DNA of 64,000 bases from Acidimicrobiia bacterium. GTDB taxonomy: Bacteria > Actinomycetota > Acidimicrobiia > Spongiisociales > ZC4RG35. The stretch spans positions 869 through 64,868 of the forward strand of contig DATBMA010000114.1 in the NCBI GenBank assembly GCA_036555105.1. The letters are read 5' to 3'. Position numbers and translations under genes: made by a program. Positions 39,311-47,541 of the stretch are shown here, piece after piece. The notes below the pieces were generated by a model. That model was not told the DNA's origin and ran no database searches. It saw nothing but the letters and a program-made list of their open reading frames with translations. Every line of letters begins with the position of its first letter. The stretch's first letter is position 1.

Positions 39311-40348
39311 ATGGCGAACGACTCGGAGAGGCTTCGCCTGACCCGCTTCAGCCACGGGGCCGGCTGTGCCTGCAAGCTGGGCCAAGCCGAGCTCGCCCGG
39401 ATACTGGAGCCCATCCGCGAACACCCGGCGGTGAGCCACCCGGACCTGCTGGTGGGCTTTGGGCTGGCGGACGACGCCGGGGTGTTCGATCTGGGCAACG
39501 GCACCGCCCTGGTACAGACCGTCGACTTCTTCACGCCGGTGGTGGACGAGCCGTATGAATGGGGCAGGATTGCCGCGGCCAACGCCCTCAGCGACGTTTA
39601 TGCGATGGGAGGACAGCCGCTGACTGCGCTCCAGCTGCTTGGCTGGCCGCGGGACGTGCTCTCATGGGAGACGGCCGGCGAGGTCCAGCGGGGGGGAGCT
39701 GACGTGGCCGCCAAAGCGGGCTGCACCCTGGTAGGTGGACATTCAGTCGATCTACCTGAGCCCGTCTACGGACTGGCGGTCACCGGGCTGGTGGATCCGG
39801 CCCGCATGCTGACCAATGCCGGGGCCCGGCCCGGGGACGCGCTTGTCCTCACCAAGCCGCTCGGAATCGGGATCATCACGACCGCGATCAAGCGGGAGAT
39901 CTGCCCTCCCGGCCTGGCTAGGCAGGCTATCGATCAGATGGCCACTCTCAACGAACAGGCCGCCGGCGCCGCGTTGGAGTGCGGCGCCCACGCCGCCACC
40001 GATGTGACCGGTTTCGGTCTGCTCGGGCACTTACGGGAGATGCTCCTTGCTTCAGGGGCCGCCGCCAGCATCGACGCTGGCGCGGTTCCGGTGCTGGATG
40101 GGACCTGGGACCTGCTCGCGGCCGGTGCATTCTCGGGAGGCAGCGGTCGCAATCTCGCCGCCGTCCGTCCCCATGTGGCCGGCGCCGTCGACGAACCGAC
40201 ATTGCGCGTGCTGGCGGACGCACAGACGAGTGGCGGCCTGCTGGTGGCTCTTCCGCTCGATCGGCTGGCGGAAATGCACGCACGGCTGCCGCAGGCGATC
40301 GAAGTCGGGCGGATCACTCAGGGCGATGGGACCATCGAAATCACTTGA
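39311..40348 (+). CDS. selD: Selenide, water dikinase (selenophosphate synthetase), Cys-type
   Basis: ...RLTRFSHGAGCACKLG... aligns to E. coli SelD ...RLTQYSHGAGCGCKIS..., with Cys (not Sec/TGA) at the catalytic position. The AIRS and AIRS_C domains align over the full length. Confidence 0.85.
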   Translation: MANDSERLRLTRFSHGAGCACKLGQAELARILEPIREHPAVSHPDLLVGFGLADDAGVFDLGNGTALVQTVDFFTPVVDEPYEWGRIAAANALSDVYAMGGQPLTALQLLGWPRDVLSWETAGEVQRGGADVAAKAGCTLVGGHSVDLPEPVYGLAVTGLVDPARMLTNAGARPGDALVLTKPLGIGIITTAIKREICPPGLARQAIDQMATLNEQAAGAALECGAHAATDVTGFGLLGHLREMLLASGAAASIDAGAVPVLDGTWDLLAAGAFSGGSGRNLAAVRPHVAGAVDEPTLRVLADAQTSGGLLVALPLDRLAEMHARLPQAIEVGRITQGDGTIEIT

Positions 40349-40372
40349 CCGCCAGGAGTAGCCTTCCCCTCG

Positions 40373-41260
40373 ATGAGCATATGGGAAGAACTCCTCGCCA
40401 AGCCCGGCCCCATCATCGCCGATGGGGCGATGGGGACAATGCTGATGTCGGAGGGCCTCCAGTTCGGCGACCCGCCTGAGCTTTGGAACGTGCTCTATCC
40501 GGATCGAGTGCGGGCCATACACCGCGGTTACATAGATGCCGGGTCAGACATCGTCCTCACCAACACTTTCGGGGGGACCCGCTTCCGGCTGGCCATGCAC
40601 AACCTCGAGAGCCGGGTCGACGAGCTCAACCGCACCGCCGCCATCATGTTGCGGGCCGAAGTCGATCTCTCCGGGCGGAGCGTGGTGGTGGCCGGCGACA
40701 TCGGTCCCTCCGGTCAGATCCTGGCTCCTTTGGGCACGCTCGACTACTACGAGGCCGTGGACGGATTCGCCGAACAGGCCGCTGCACTTGTGGCAGGCAG
40801 GGTCGATGTCATCTGGATCGAGACCATGTCGGCCCTGGAGGAGATGAGGGCCGCATTCGAAGGAGTGAGACGAGCTTCCCCCGACATCCCGATCATCGCC
40901 ACTATGACCTTCGATACCCGAGGTAGGACGATGATGGGGATCACACCCGAGCAGGCGGCCGTCGAGTTGCTGGCGCTCGGCGCCGCCGCCATCGGCGGCA
41001 ACTGTGGCAATGGACCCGATGAGCTACTCGGCGTGGTCGAGAAGATGCGTGAGGTGGCTCCGGACGCGCTGATCGTGGCCAAGTCGAATGTGGGGATGCC
41101 GCAGCTGATCGACGGCCGCGCCGCGTACCTCACCACTCCCGAGGACATGACCAAGTACGCATCGGAGGCCCACCACCTCGGGGCCGGGATCATCGGGGCT
41201 TGCTGCGGGTCGACCCCGACGCTGCTGGCCGACATGGCCGAGGCGCTCCGAGCAGATTGA
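40373..41260 (+). CDS. Homocysteine S-methyltransferase-domain protein (Pfam S-methyl_trans; MmuM/BHMT/MetH-Hcy-domain-like)
   Basis: 295 aa with the Zn-binding Cys motifs GGNCGNGP and GACCGSTP. It is convergent with metF across a 7 bp gap. Confidence 0.8.
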   Translation: MSIWEELLAKPGPIIADGAMGTMLMSEGLQFGDPPELWNVLYPDRVRAIHRGYIDAGSDIVLTNTFGGTRFRLAMHNLESRVDELNRTAAIMLRAEVDLSGRSVVVAGDIGPSGQILAPLGTLDYYEAVDGFAEQAAALVAGRVDVIWIETMSALEEMRAAFEGVRRASPDIPIIATMTFDTRGRTMMGITPEQAAVELLALGAAAIGGNCGNGPDELLGVVEKMREVAPDALIVAKSNVGMPQLIDGRAAYLTTPEDMTKYASEAHHLGAGIIGACCGSTPTLLADMAEALRAD

Positions 41261-41267
41261 GGGGGCT

Positions 41268-42104
41268 CTAGCCGGCCAGGCCGGTCCGCCACCTCTCTAC
41301 CGCGTCCACTTCATTGAAGGTGAACACGTGGAAGCCGGCGATGCCTAGTTCGGGGTCCACTGCCTGTGCCTCGGCCAGGCCGGATAGGATGGGATCGGGG
41401 TTGAAGCCCCCACCCTTGGCTAGCCCGCCTATCAGCCCCTGCTGCTTGGAGAGGTAGCGCATCGAGTCGCCGATCCCGATGCGGGTGGCGATCCGGGTCA
41501 GCTTTACCACTCCAACCGGGGCAGGAAGGCCAACCCGCACCGGCAGGGTGATGCCGCGGGAACGGGCTGCCCTGATCCAGCCCACGATCGCGTCGGGGTC
41601 GAAACAGAGCTGGGTGGCGACATAGGCGGCATATCGCTGCTTGGCCGCCAACGCCTCCCACAGCTTGTCCTCGGGGATATAGGCGTGACCCTCCGGGTAA
41701 CCGGGGACTCCAAGTGTGGAAGGGGCCCCTTCCAGACCGGTGAGGTCCTGGAGGAGCGAGAGCCCGTCTGGATATTCCCCTGGCTCCTGCGCATCCCCTC
41801 CCACCACGAACGCCCGGGTGATGCCGGCGGCCTGAACCCGCTCGACCACTTCGACCAGGTGGGCGTGATCGCGGGTCTGGCGGGCGGAGATGTGGGGGAC
41901 AGCATCCAATCCACGCCCTGCCAACCCCACCGCCAGGTCGATCGTGTGGTCGAGGCCCTTGCTCGGCGAGCAGGTGACCGTGACCTTCGCCGCTTGCGGT
42001 AGGTGTCCGACCTGCTCGTCGAGGTTGGAGAGGGGGATGACCTCATACAGGGGGTCCGCCAGCATCTGGCGGGCAGCAGCAGCCGCGGGCCCGGTGAGCT
42101 TCAT
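41268..42104 (-). CDS. metF: 5,10-methylenetetrahydrofolate reductase
   Basis: 278 aa of the MTHFR family (...VTCSPSKGLDHTIDL...GGDAQEPG...). Its ATG overlaps the stop of the upstream MttB-family gene (ATGA). Confidence 0.8.
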   Translation of the reverse strand: MKLTGPAAAAARQMLADPLYEVIPLSNLDEQVGHLPQAAKVTVTCSPSKGLDHTIDLAVGLAGRGLDAVPHISARQTRDHAHLVEVVERVQAAGITRAFVVGGDAQEPGEYPDGLSLLQDLTGLEGAPSTLGVPGYPEGHAYIPEDKLWEALAAKQRYAAYVATQLCFDPDAIVGWIRAARSRGITLPVRVGLPAPVGVVKLTRIATRIGIGDSMRYLSKQQGLIGGLAKGGGFNPDPILSGLAEAQAVDPELGIAGFHVFTFNEVDAVERWRTGLAG

Positions 42105-43627
42105 ACGTTGGAGTCCGGGAACGAGGCCTTGCGCTGCTCGACGAACTCGGTCAGCTCCAGCTCGGTGGCCGGATCCATCGGGGGCGCTTCGTAGTCCTCG
42201 AGGGTCTTCTTCCAAATCCGGTTGGCGCGGGCGGCGGCGTCGAGGGCTCCCTCCTCGCTCCATTGCTCGAAGCTGGAGTTGTCGGCCACCTGCGACCTCC
42301 AGAAGGCAGTCTCGAAGTTGGCGAGGGTGTGCTCGCTGCCCAGGTAGTGCTGGCCCGGCTCGTTGGCGAGGATGGCGGCTAGGGCCTGGCCGTTGTCGGA
42401 GAGGTCCACACCAGAGGCGAACGCCTCCCACCCTGCGCATTGATCGGCGTCCAGCACGAACTTCTCGTACCCGACGCAGAGCCCCCCTTCCAGCCAGCCG
42501 GCTGCATGGAGGACGAAGTTGACCCCGCCCAGCATCGTGGGCCCCATCGTGTTGGCGCTCTCGTAGGCGGCCTGAGCGTCCGGGATCTTCGATGCGCACA
42601 GTGCTCCACCCGACCTGAAGGGAACCCCGAGCCTCCTGGCCAGCTGGCCCATCACAAACAGCACCAGTGCCGGCTCGGGCGTCCCGAAGCTGGGGGCGCC
42701 GGTCTGCATCGACATCGAGGAGGCGAAGGAACCCAGCACGACCGGTGCCCCGGGCCGTACCAGCTGGGTGAAGGCCATGCCGGACAGCGCTTCGGCCAGG
42801 GTCTGGGTGGCGGTCCCGGCCACGGTCACCGGACTCATCGCCCCGGCGATGATGAACGGCGTGATGAGCGTCGCCTGATTGTTCTCGGCGTAGACCTTGG
42901 CCGCTCCGAGCATCGTGGAGTCCCAGACCAGCGGCGAGTTGGCGTTGATCAACGAGAGAATGACGGTGTTGGACTCGAGGAAGTCGGGGCCGAACAGGAT
43001 CTTGGCCATGTCGACCGTGTCTTGGGCGCGCAGCGGGTGGGTGACCGAGCCCATGAAGGGCTTGTCCGAGTACAGCATGTGGGCGAGGACCATGTCGTAG
43101 TGGCGCTTGTTGACCGGCAGGTCGACCGGCTCGCAAACGGTCCCACCCGAGTGGTGGATGTGGGGATTGGCGTAGGCGAGCTTCACGAAGTTGCGGAAGT
43201 CCTCGATGGTGCCGTAGCGACGCCCGCCGTCGAGATCGCGCACGAATGGGGAGCCGTAAGCAGGTGCGAACACGGTGTTGCGCCCCCCGATCTCGACCGA
43301 GCGAGCCGGGTTGCGAGCGCGCTGGATGAATGCAGCAGGAGCCGTGGCCTTGACCAGCTGGCGGCACAATCCACGGGGGAATCGAACCCGCTCACCGTCG
43401 ACATCCGCTCCGGCCTCCCGCCAGAGGTCGAGGGCCTCGGGTATGCCCCTGAACTCGATACCCACCTGCTCGAGGATGGTGTCGGCGTTCTCCTCGATCA
43501 GAGACAGCCCCTCCTCCGACAGCACTTCAAGGGGGGCAAGAGCGCGGGTGATGAATGGAACCGACTCGGCTATCTGGGCCGCCCGGGCTGCCATTCTTGC
43601 CTCCCGTCCCCTCCTGCGGTCGCTCAT
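42101..43627 (-). CDS. MttB-superfamily (COG5598) substrate:corrinoid methyltransferase, non-pyrrolysine type (quaternary-amine/glycine-betaine methyltransferase MtgB-like)
   Basis: 508 aa continuous ORF with no in-frame TAG. It resembles the trimethylamine methyltransferase MttB family over its full length. Its ATG overlaps the stop of the RamA-like gene (ATGA). Confidence 0.8.
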   Translation of the reverse strand: MSDRRRGREARMAARAAQIAESVPFITRALAPLEVLSEEGLSLIEENADTILEQVGIEFRGIPEALDLWREAGADVDGERVRFPRGLCRQLVKATAPAAFIQRARNPARSVEIGGRNTVFAPAYGSPFVRDLDGGRRYGTIEDFRNFVKLAYANPHIHHSGGTVCEPVDLPVNKRHYDMVLAHMLYSDKPFMGSVTHPLRAQDTVDMAKILFGPDFLESNTVILSLINANSPLVWDSTMLGAAKVYAENNQATLITPFIIAGAMSPVTVAGTATQTLAEALSGMAFTQLVRPGAPVVLGSFASSMSMQTGAPSFGTPEPALVLFVMGQLARRLGVPFRSGGALCASKIPDAQAAYESANTMGPTMLGGVNFVLHAAGWLEGGLCVGYEKFVLDADQCAGWEAFASGVDLSDNGQALAAILANEPGQHYLGSEHTLANFETAFWRSQVADNSSFEQWSEEGALDAAARANRIWKKTLEDYEAPPMDPATELELTEFVEQRKASFPDSNV

Positions 43628-45627
43628 CCGGTCCTCCCTCTGCGGCCCCTTCGGGCTCCCGTCATCTCCGCCCTGGCCGGCAGCTCGACTTCCGCCGCCA
43701 GATGGCGGTAATCGTCGATCCGGTGTGGGAATGCCATGGCGTTGACAAAGTGCTCCTGGAAGCGCGGTTCCACCGCCGTCTCGACCTTCTCAATCGTCCG
43801 CACCACCTGCTCGATCTCGGCCCGCTTGTCCCGGTTGAGCAGCGTCATCAACGCCCCGGTCCCGGCCGCATTGCCGGCGGCGCCCACCGCTTCGAGGTCG
43901 CAGTCGGGCACCAGCCCCAGCACCAGGGCGTAGAGAGGGTCGATGTGTGATCCAAAGGCGCCGGCCAGGCGGATCCGATCCACCGTGGTCGTCCCCATGT
44001 GGTCCATCAGGAGCTTGCAGCCGGCGTGGAGGGCAGCTTTGGCCAGCTGGATCGCGCGTACGTCGTTTTGGGTGATCCATATGTCGGGCTCCCCCTCCCA
44101 CAACAGGTAGGAGAAGGTTCGATCGTCACGACGGACTCGCGCTGTCCGGTCTGATTCAATGATCACACCGTCGGGGGAGATGATCCCGGCGAGGAAAAGC
44201 TCGGCGATGGCCTCGATGATCCCCGAGCCACAGATCCCGGTCGGCACCATGCTGAAGCCCGGCTCGTCCGACCAGTGGCGGTCGCCAATGGCTCTGATCC
44301 GCGGCTCCAGAGTCGTCCGATCGATGCGGACGCGCTCGATTGCACCCGGGGCTGCTCGCTGTCCCGATGAGATCTGGGCGCCCTCGAAGGCCGGCCCGGT
44401 AGGAGAGGAGGCGGCGAGGAGCCGGTGACGGTTCCCGAGCACGATCTCGGCATTGGTGCCGACATCCACGGCCAGAGTCAGCTCGTCCCGTCGATATGGC
44501 CCTTCTGCCAGCACCATCCCGGCCGCGTCCGCACCGACGTGGCCGGCGATGCACGGCAAGACGTAGATGCGGGCGGAAGGCAGCAGGTCTAGCGCGAGGT
44601 CGGCTGCCCGACGCTCCACCGCGAGGTCTGTCACCAGCGCGAAAGGGGCCCCGCCCAGCTCGATCGGATCGAATCCGAGGAAAAGGTGGTGCATGATCGG
44701 GTTGCCGACGGCAGTCATTGCCAGCACGTCATCCCGCTCCACTCCGGCCGCCTCGACCAACTCACCGATCAGGCCGTTGATGCAGTCCCGCACCGCCGCG
44801 GTCAGGTCGGCGGCTCCGCCCGGGTTCATCATCACGTAGGAGACCCGGCTCATGAGGTCCTCACCGAAGCGGATCTGCGGGTTCATGGCTCCGGCCGACG
44901 CCAGTACCTCGCCGGTGTGGAGGTCGGCCAGGTGCCCGGCCACCGTGGTGGACCCGATGTCGAAGGCGACCCCGTAGGCGTAGTCCTGGAAGCCGGGCCG
45001 GACCGAGACGATGACGCCGCCAGATCGCGCCAGAACAGGGGGATGCGGGTTGGAGACGGCGGCGGTCACCTTCCAGTCGCCGGCCCTGAGAGCAGCCTGC
45101 AGGCCGGGCAGGACGGCCGGGTCGACGTCGAGGCCGGTGAGGTCCCACTGCTGCTCGAGGGCGGCAAGCAGCCGCCTGAGGTCGGACGAAGGGTCTGCCA
45201 GGTCGGGCGCCGCCACCTCGACGTAGTGCTGGGTGATGACCGGGTCGATCTCGAGCTCGAGCGGCAGGGCTTCCTTCCTCACCACCTGGCGATGCACTTG
45301 GCTCTCGGCAGGCACATCCACCAGCAGGTCGCCTCGCAACCGGGCGGTGCAACCAAGGCGATGCCCATCTGCCAGCCCCCTGCGCTGGGCGAAGTCGAGC
45401 TCAACCGGGCCTATCGGCGACAGGTGGGCGGCTTCCGAGTGGATGCCGTGTTTCGGAAAGTCCCCTTCCATGACCTCCACCCGACAGCGGCCACATATGC
45501 CGCGGCCCCCGCACACCGAGTCCAGATCCACTCCCAGTTGGCGGGCGGCGTCGAGCAGGGTCGTTTCGTCGGGAAAGCGACCCCGCCGGCCGGAAGGGGT
45601 GAATACGAGCAAGCTCTCTCGGGTCAC
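43624..45627 (-). CDS. Corrinoid reductive activase (RamA/RACE type: N-terminal plant-type 2Fe-2S ferredoxin + ASKHA/DUF4445 ATPase)
   Basis: From the GTG (VTRESLLVFTPSG...): a ferredoxin motif CGGRGICGRCRV, then an ASKHA-fold region (FDIGSTTVAGHL...). Its GTG overlaps the stop of the MtgA-like gene (GTGA). Confidence 0.8.
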   Translation of the reverse strand: MTRESLLVFTPSGRRGRFPDETTLLDAARQLGVDLDSVCGGRGICGRCRVEVMEGDFPKHGIHSEAAHLSPIGPVELDFAQRRGLADGHRLGCTARLRGDLLVDVPAESQVHRQVVRKEALPLELEIDPVITQHYVEVAAPDLADPSSDLRRLLAALEQQWDLTGLDVDPAVLPGLQAALRAGDWKVTAAVSNPHPPVLARSGGVIVSVRPGFQDYAYGVAFDIGSTTVAGHLADLHTGEVLASAGAMNPQIRFGEDLMSRVSYVMMNPGGAADLTAAVRDCINGLIGELVEAAGVERDDVLAMTAVGNPIMHHLFLGFDPIELGGAPFALVTDLAVERRAADLALDLLPSARIYVLPCIAGHVGADAAGMVLAEGPYRRDELTLAVDVGTNAEIVLGNRHRLLAASSPTGPAFEGAQISSGQRAAPGAIERVRIDRTTLEPRIRAIGDRHWSDEPGFSMVPTGICGSGIIEAIAELFLAGIISPDGVIIESDRTARVRRDDRTFSYLLWEGEPDIWITQNDVRAIQLAKAALHAGCKLLMDHMGTTTVDRIRLAGAFGSHIDPLYALVLGLVPDCDLEAVGAAGNAAGTGALMTLLNRDKRAEIEQVVRTIEKVETAVEPRFQEHFVNAMAFPHRIDDYRHLAAEVELPARAEMTGARRGRRGRTG

Positions 45628-46526
45628 TGTCCGGCCACGGCCCGGCGGCGGGGGCGGTCCCGTCGCCCGCCTTCCGCCGGGCTTTCGACCCGGTACGCCC
45701 TGATCCAGCGGCCGCACTCGGGGTCATGACCGCTGAGGACATCCGCAGCCAGGACCGCTTGGCGGATCTCCGGCTCGATCGGGTTGGTGATGGCCGAGGT
45801 CATCCCGGCGGCGATTGCCATCGCCAGGAAGGTGGCGTTGATGCCGGCTCGATTGGGAAGGCCGAAGCTGACGTTCGAGGCCCCGCAGGTGGTGTTGACC
45901 CCGAGCTCCTCGCGGAGGCGGCGGACCAGGTGGAAGACCTGGCGACCAGCCGTTGCCATTGCCCCCACCGGCATGAGGAGGGGATCCACCACGACGTCCT
46001 CCTTGGGGATGCCGTGATCGGCGGCTGCCGAAATGATCTTGCGCGCCACCTCGAAGCGGACATCGGGATCCTCCGATATACCCGTCTCGTCGTTGGTGAT
46101 CGCAACCACCGCCGCCCCATGCCGTGCCACCAGCGGCAGCACCGCTTCGATCCTCTCGTCCTCGCCGGTGACGGAGTTGACGAGGGCCTTGCCTTGGTAG
46201 ACGGAGAGCCCGGCCTCCAGGGCTTCCACGATGGAGGAGTCGATTGACAGCGGCACGTCGGTGAGGCTTTGCACCAGCTTGACCGTCTCGGCCAGGATCG
46301 CCGGCTCGTCGGCCAGCGGGATCCCGGCGTTGACGTCGAGCATCTGGGCGCCGGCCTCGACCTGGCGAGCAACATCGGCGATGACCGTCGAGAAGTCACC
46401 CTCGGCCATCTCGGCGGCCAGCTTCTTGCGGCCGGTGGGGTTTATGCGCTCCCCGATGATCACGAAGGGCCGCTCGAACCCGATCACCACCTCTCTGGTC
46501 CCGGAGGAAACGACGGTGTTAACCAT
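45624..46526 (-). CDS. Pterin-binding methyltransferase (methylcorrinoid:tetrahydrofolate methyltransferase, MtgA/MtrH/MeTr-like)
   Basis: 300 aa from MVNTVVSSG. The signature FVIIGERINPTG is that of the pterin-binding (DHPS-like) domain found in methionine synthase, MtrH and AcsE. The 70 upstream codons in the track ORF (MRPRDFETSRPQ...) are a translation of repeat R9 and are excluded. Confidence 0.8.
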   Translation of the reverse strand: MVNTVVSSGTREVVIGFERPFVIIGERINPTGRKKLAAEMAEGDFSTVIADVARQVEAGAQMLDVNAGIPLADEPAILAETVKLVQSLTDVPLSIDSSIVEALEAGLSVYQGKALVNSVTGEDERIEAVLPLVARHGAAVVAITNDETGISEDPDVRFEVARKIISAAADHGIPKEDVVVDPLLMPVGAMATAGRQVFHLVRRLREELGVNTTCGASNVSFGLPNRAGINATFLAMAIAAGMTSAITNPIEPEIRQAVLAADVLSGHDPECGRWIRAYRVESPAEGGRRDRPRRRAVAGQ

Positions 46527-46529
46527 CTG

Positions 46530-46608
46530 CGGTCTCGAGGTCTCGAAGTCTCGAGGTCGCATGGTGAGACCCCGCGACTGTGAGACCGTGCGATCGTGGG
46601 ACCTCACA
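46530..46608. repeat. GTCTCAC-family intergenic element R9 (5' leader of the MtgA-like/RamA/MttB/MetF transcript)
   Basis: ggtctcga-ggtctcga-agtctcga-ggtcgca-tggtgagac-cccgcgac-tgtgagac-cgtgcgat-cgtgggac-ctcacac. Confidence 0.8.
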
Positions 46609-46900
46609 CATATGCGCCTCCGGTTCGCACCAGGCCGGCCAGGGCGTCGTCGGTGAACTCGGCCTCCAGCCGGGCGGCTTCGGCCGAGGCCACTGTCTCC
46701 AGATCGGCATCGCAGGGACGGGTCACTCGCCTCCACTGAGCCAGGTAATCGTCGGTCCCGATGAGCCCCACCCTGGTGGCGGCGGCATCTATCGCCTCCT
46801 GGAACCGCTCCGAGAGGACCGCCTTGCTGGTCTGACGGCCCTCTCTGGCCGTCACCTGGGCGGGGATGTCCCGCCAGTAGATGACGGTGAGCTCAGCCAT
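46604..46900 (-). CDS. Small hypothetical protein co-transcribed with the corrinoid module
   Basis: 98 aa from MAELTVIYWRDIPAQV.... Its start overlaps the DUF1638-like stop by 8 nt. I cannot assign a family with confidence. Confidence 0.4.
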   Translation of the reverse strand: MAELTVIYWRDIPAQVTAREGRQTSKAVLSERFQEAIDAAATRVGLIGTDDYLAQWRRVTRPCDADLETVASAEAARLEAEFTDDALAGLVRTGGAYV

Positions 46901-47540
46901 CGTTTGCTCCCGCGAAGCGGGCCAGGGAGGTTTCCAGGTCTCCCATCCCGGTGGCGACCCGCTCGTAGCCGAGGCCCAGGTAGGCAGCCGCCTCCTGCCC
47001 TCGGCGATCGAGCTCCGGATCGTCGGTCTGGGCAAGGAATACCAGGCGCAGGTAGTTGCCGAAGTATTGGGGGAGGAGCTCAGGATGGCGGTCGAGGCCG
47101 AGGCCCCTGACCACGAACAGGTCGAAGTGCCGGCAGAGGAAGTCGGTCAGATAGAACGTGGCGGGCTCGGCATCGTGCATCGCCAGGAATTCGGCCCCTC
47201 CGGCGAAGAACTGATAGCAGTGGGCGCCGGGGATCCTTTCGATTCCACGCTCGGCCAGCAGCCGGTCGAGGTCCCCCCCGGTGCCGCAGTCGGCGTAACC
47301 GACGAAGACCCGCTGGTAGCGGCCTTCCGCCCGATCGAGGCGCTGCCTGACGGCGTCGGTGATGAGTCCCGGTGTGTTGTGAAGCTTGGCCGGGAGGCAC
47401 TCGATGATCAGATGATCCCAGCCATTGAGGCGACGCAACTCGATCAGTTCCCGGGCGATGGCGCCACAGGCGATCACCAGTATCTCGGCTTCCAGCTCCG
47501 GTGCGAAGGTCGCTTCCTGATCGAAGAGAGCGACGGCCAT
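46893..47540 (-). CDS. DUF1638-like protein (conserved accessory gene of MttB/corrinoid gene clusters)
   Basis: 215 aa from MAVALFDQE.... Conserved blocks ILVIACGAIARE, VGYADCGTGG and GAHCYQF. It lies 1 nt downstream of the corrinoid protein stop. Confidence 0.55.
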   Translation of the reverse strand: MAVALFDQEATFAPELEAEILVIACGAIARELIELRRLNGWDHLIIECLPAKLHNTPGLITDAVRQRLDRAEGRYQRVFVGYADCGTGGDLDRLLAERGIERIPGAHCYQFFAGGAEFLAMHDAEPATFYLTDFLCRHFDLFVVRGLGLDRHPELLPQYFGNYLRLVFLAQTDDPELDRRGQEAAAYLGLGYERVATGMGDLETSLARFAGANDG

Positions 47541-47541
47541 G

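Noticed and set aside
42101-43627. Pyrrolysine (in-frame TAG) in the MttB homologue, or selenocysteine (in-frame TGA) in any ORF.
   Set aside because: The MttB-family ORF is continuous with no internal stop. No convincing TGA-interrupted ORF with conserved flanks was seen. selD itself is Cys-type.
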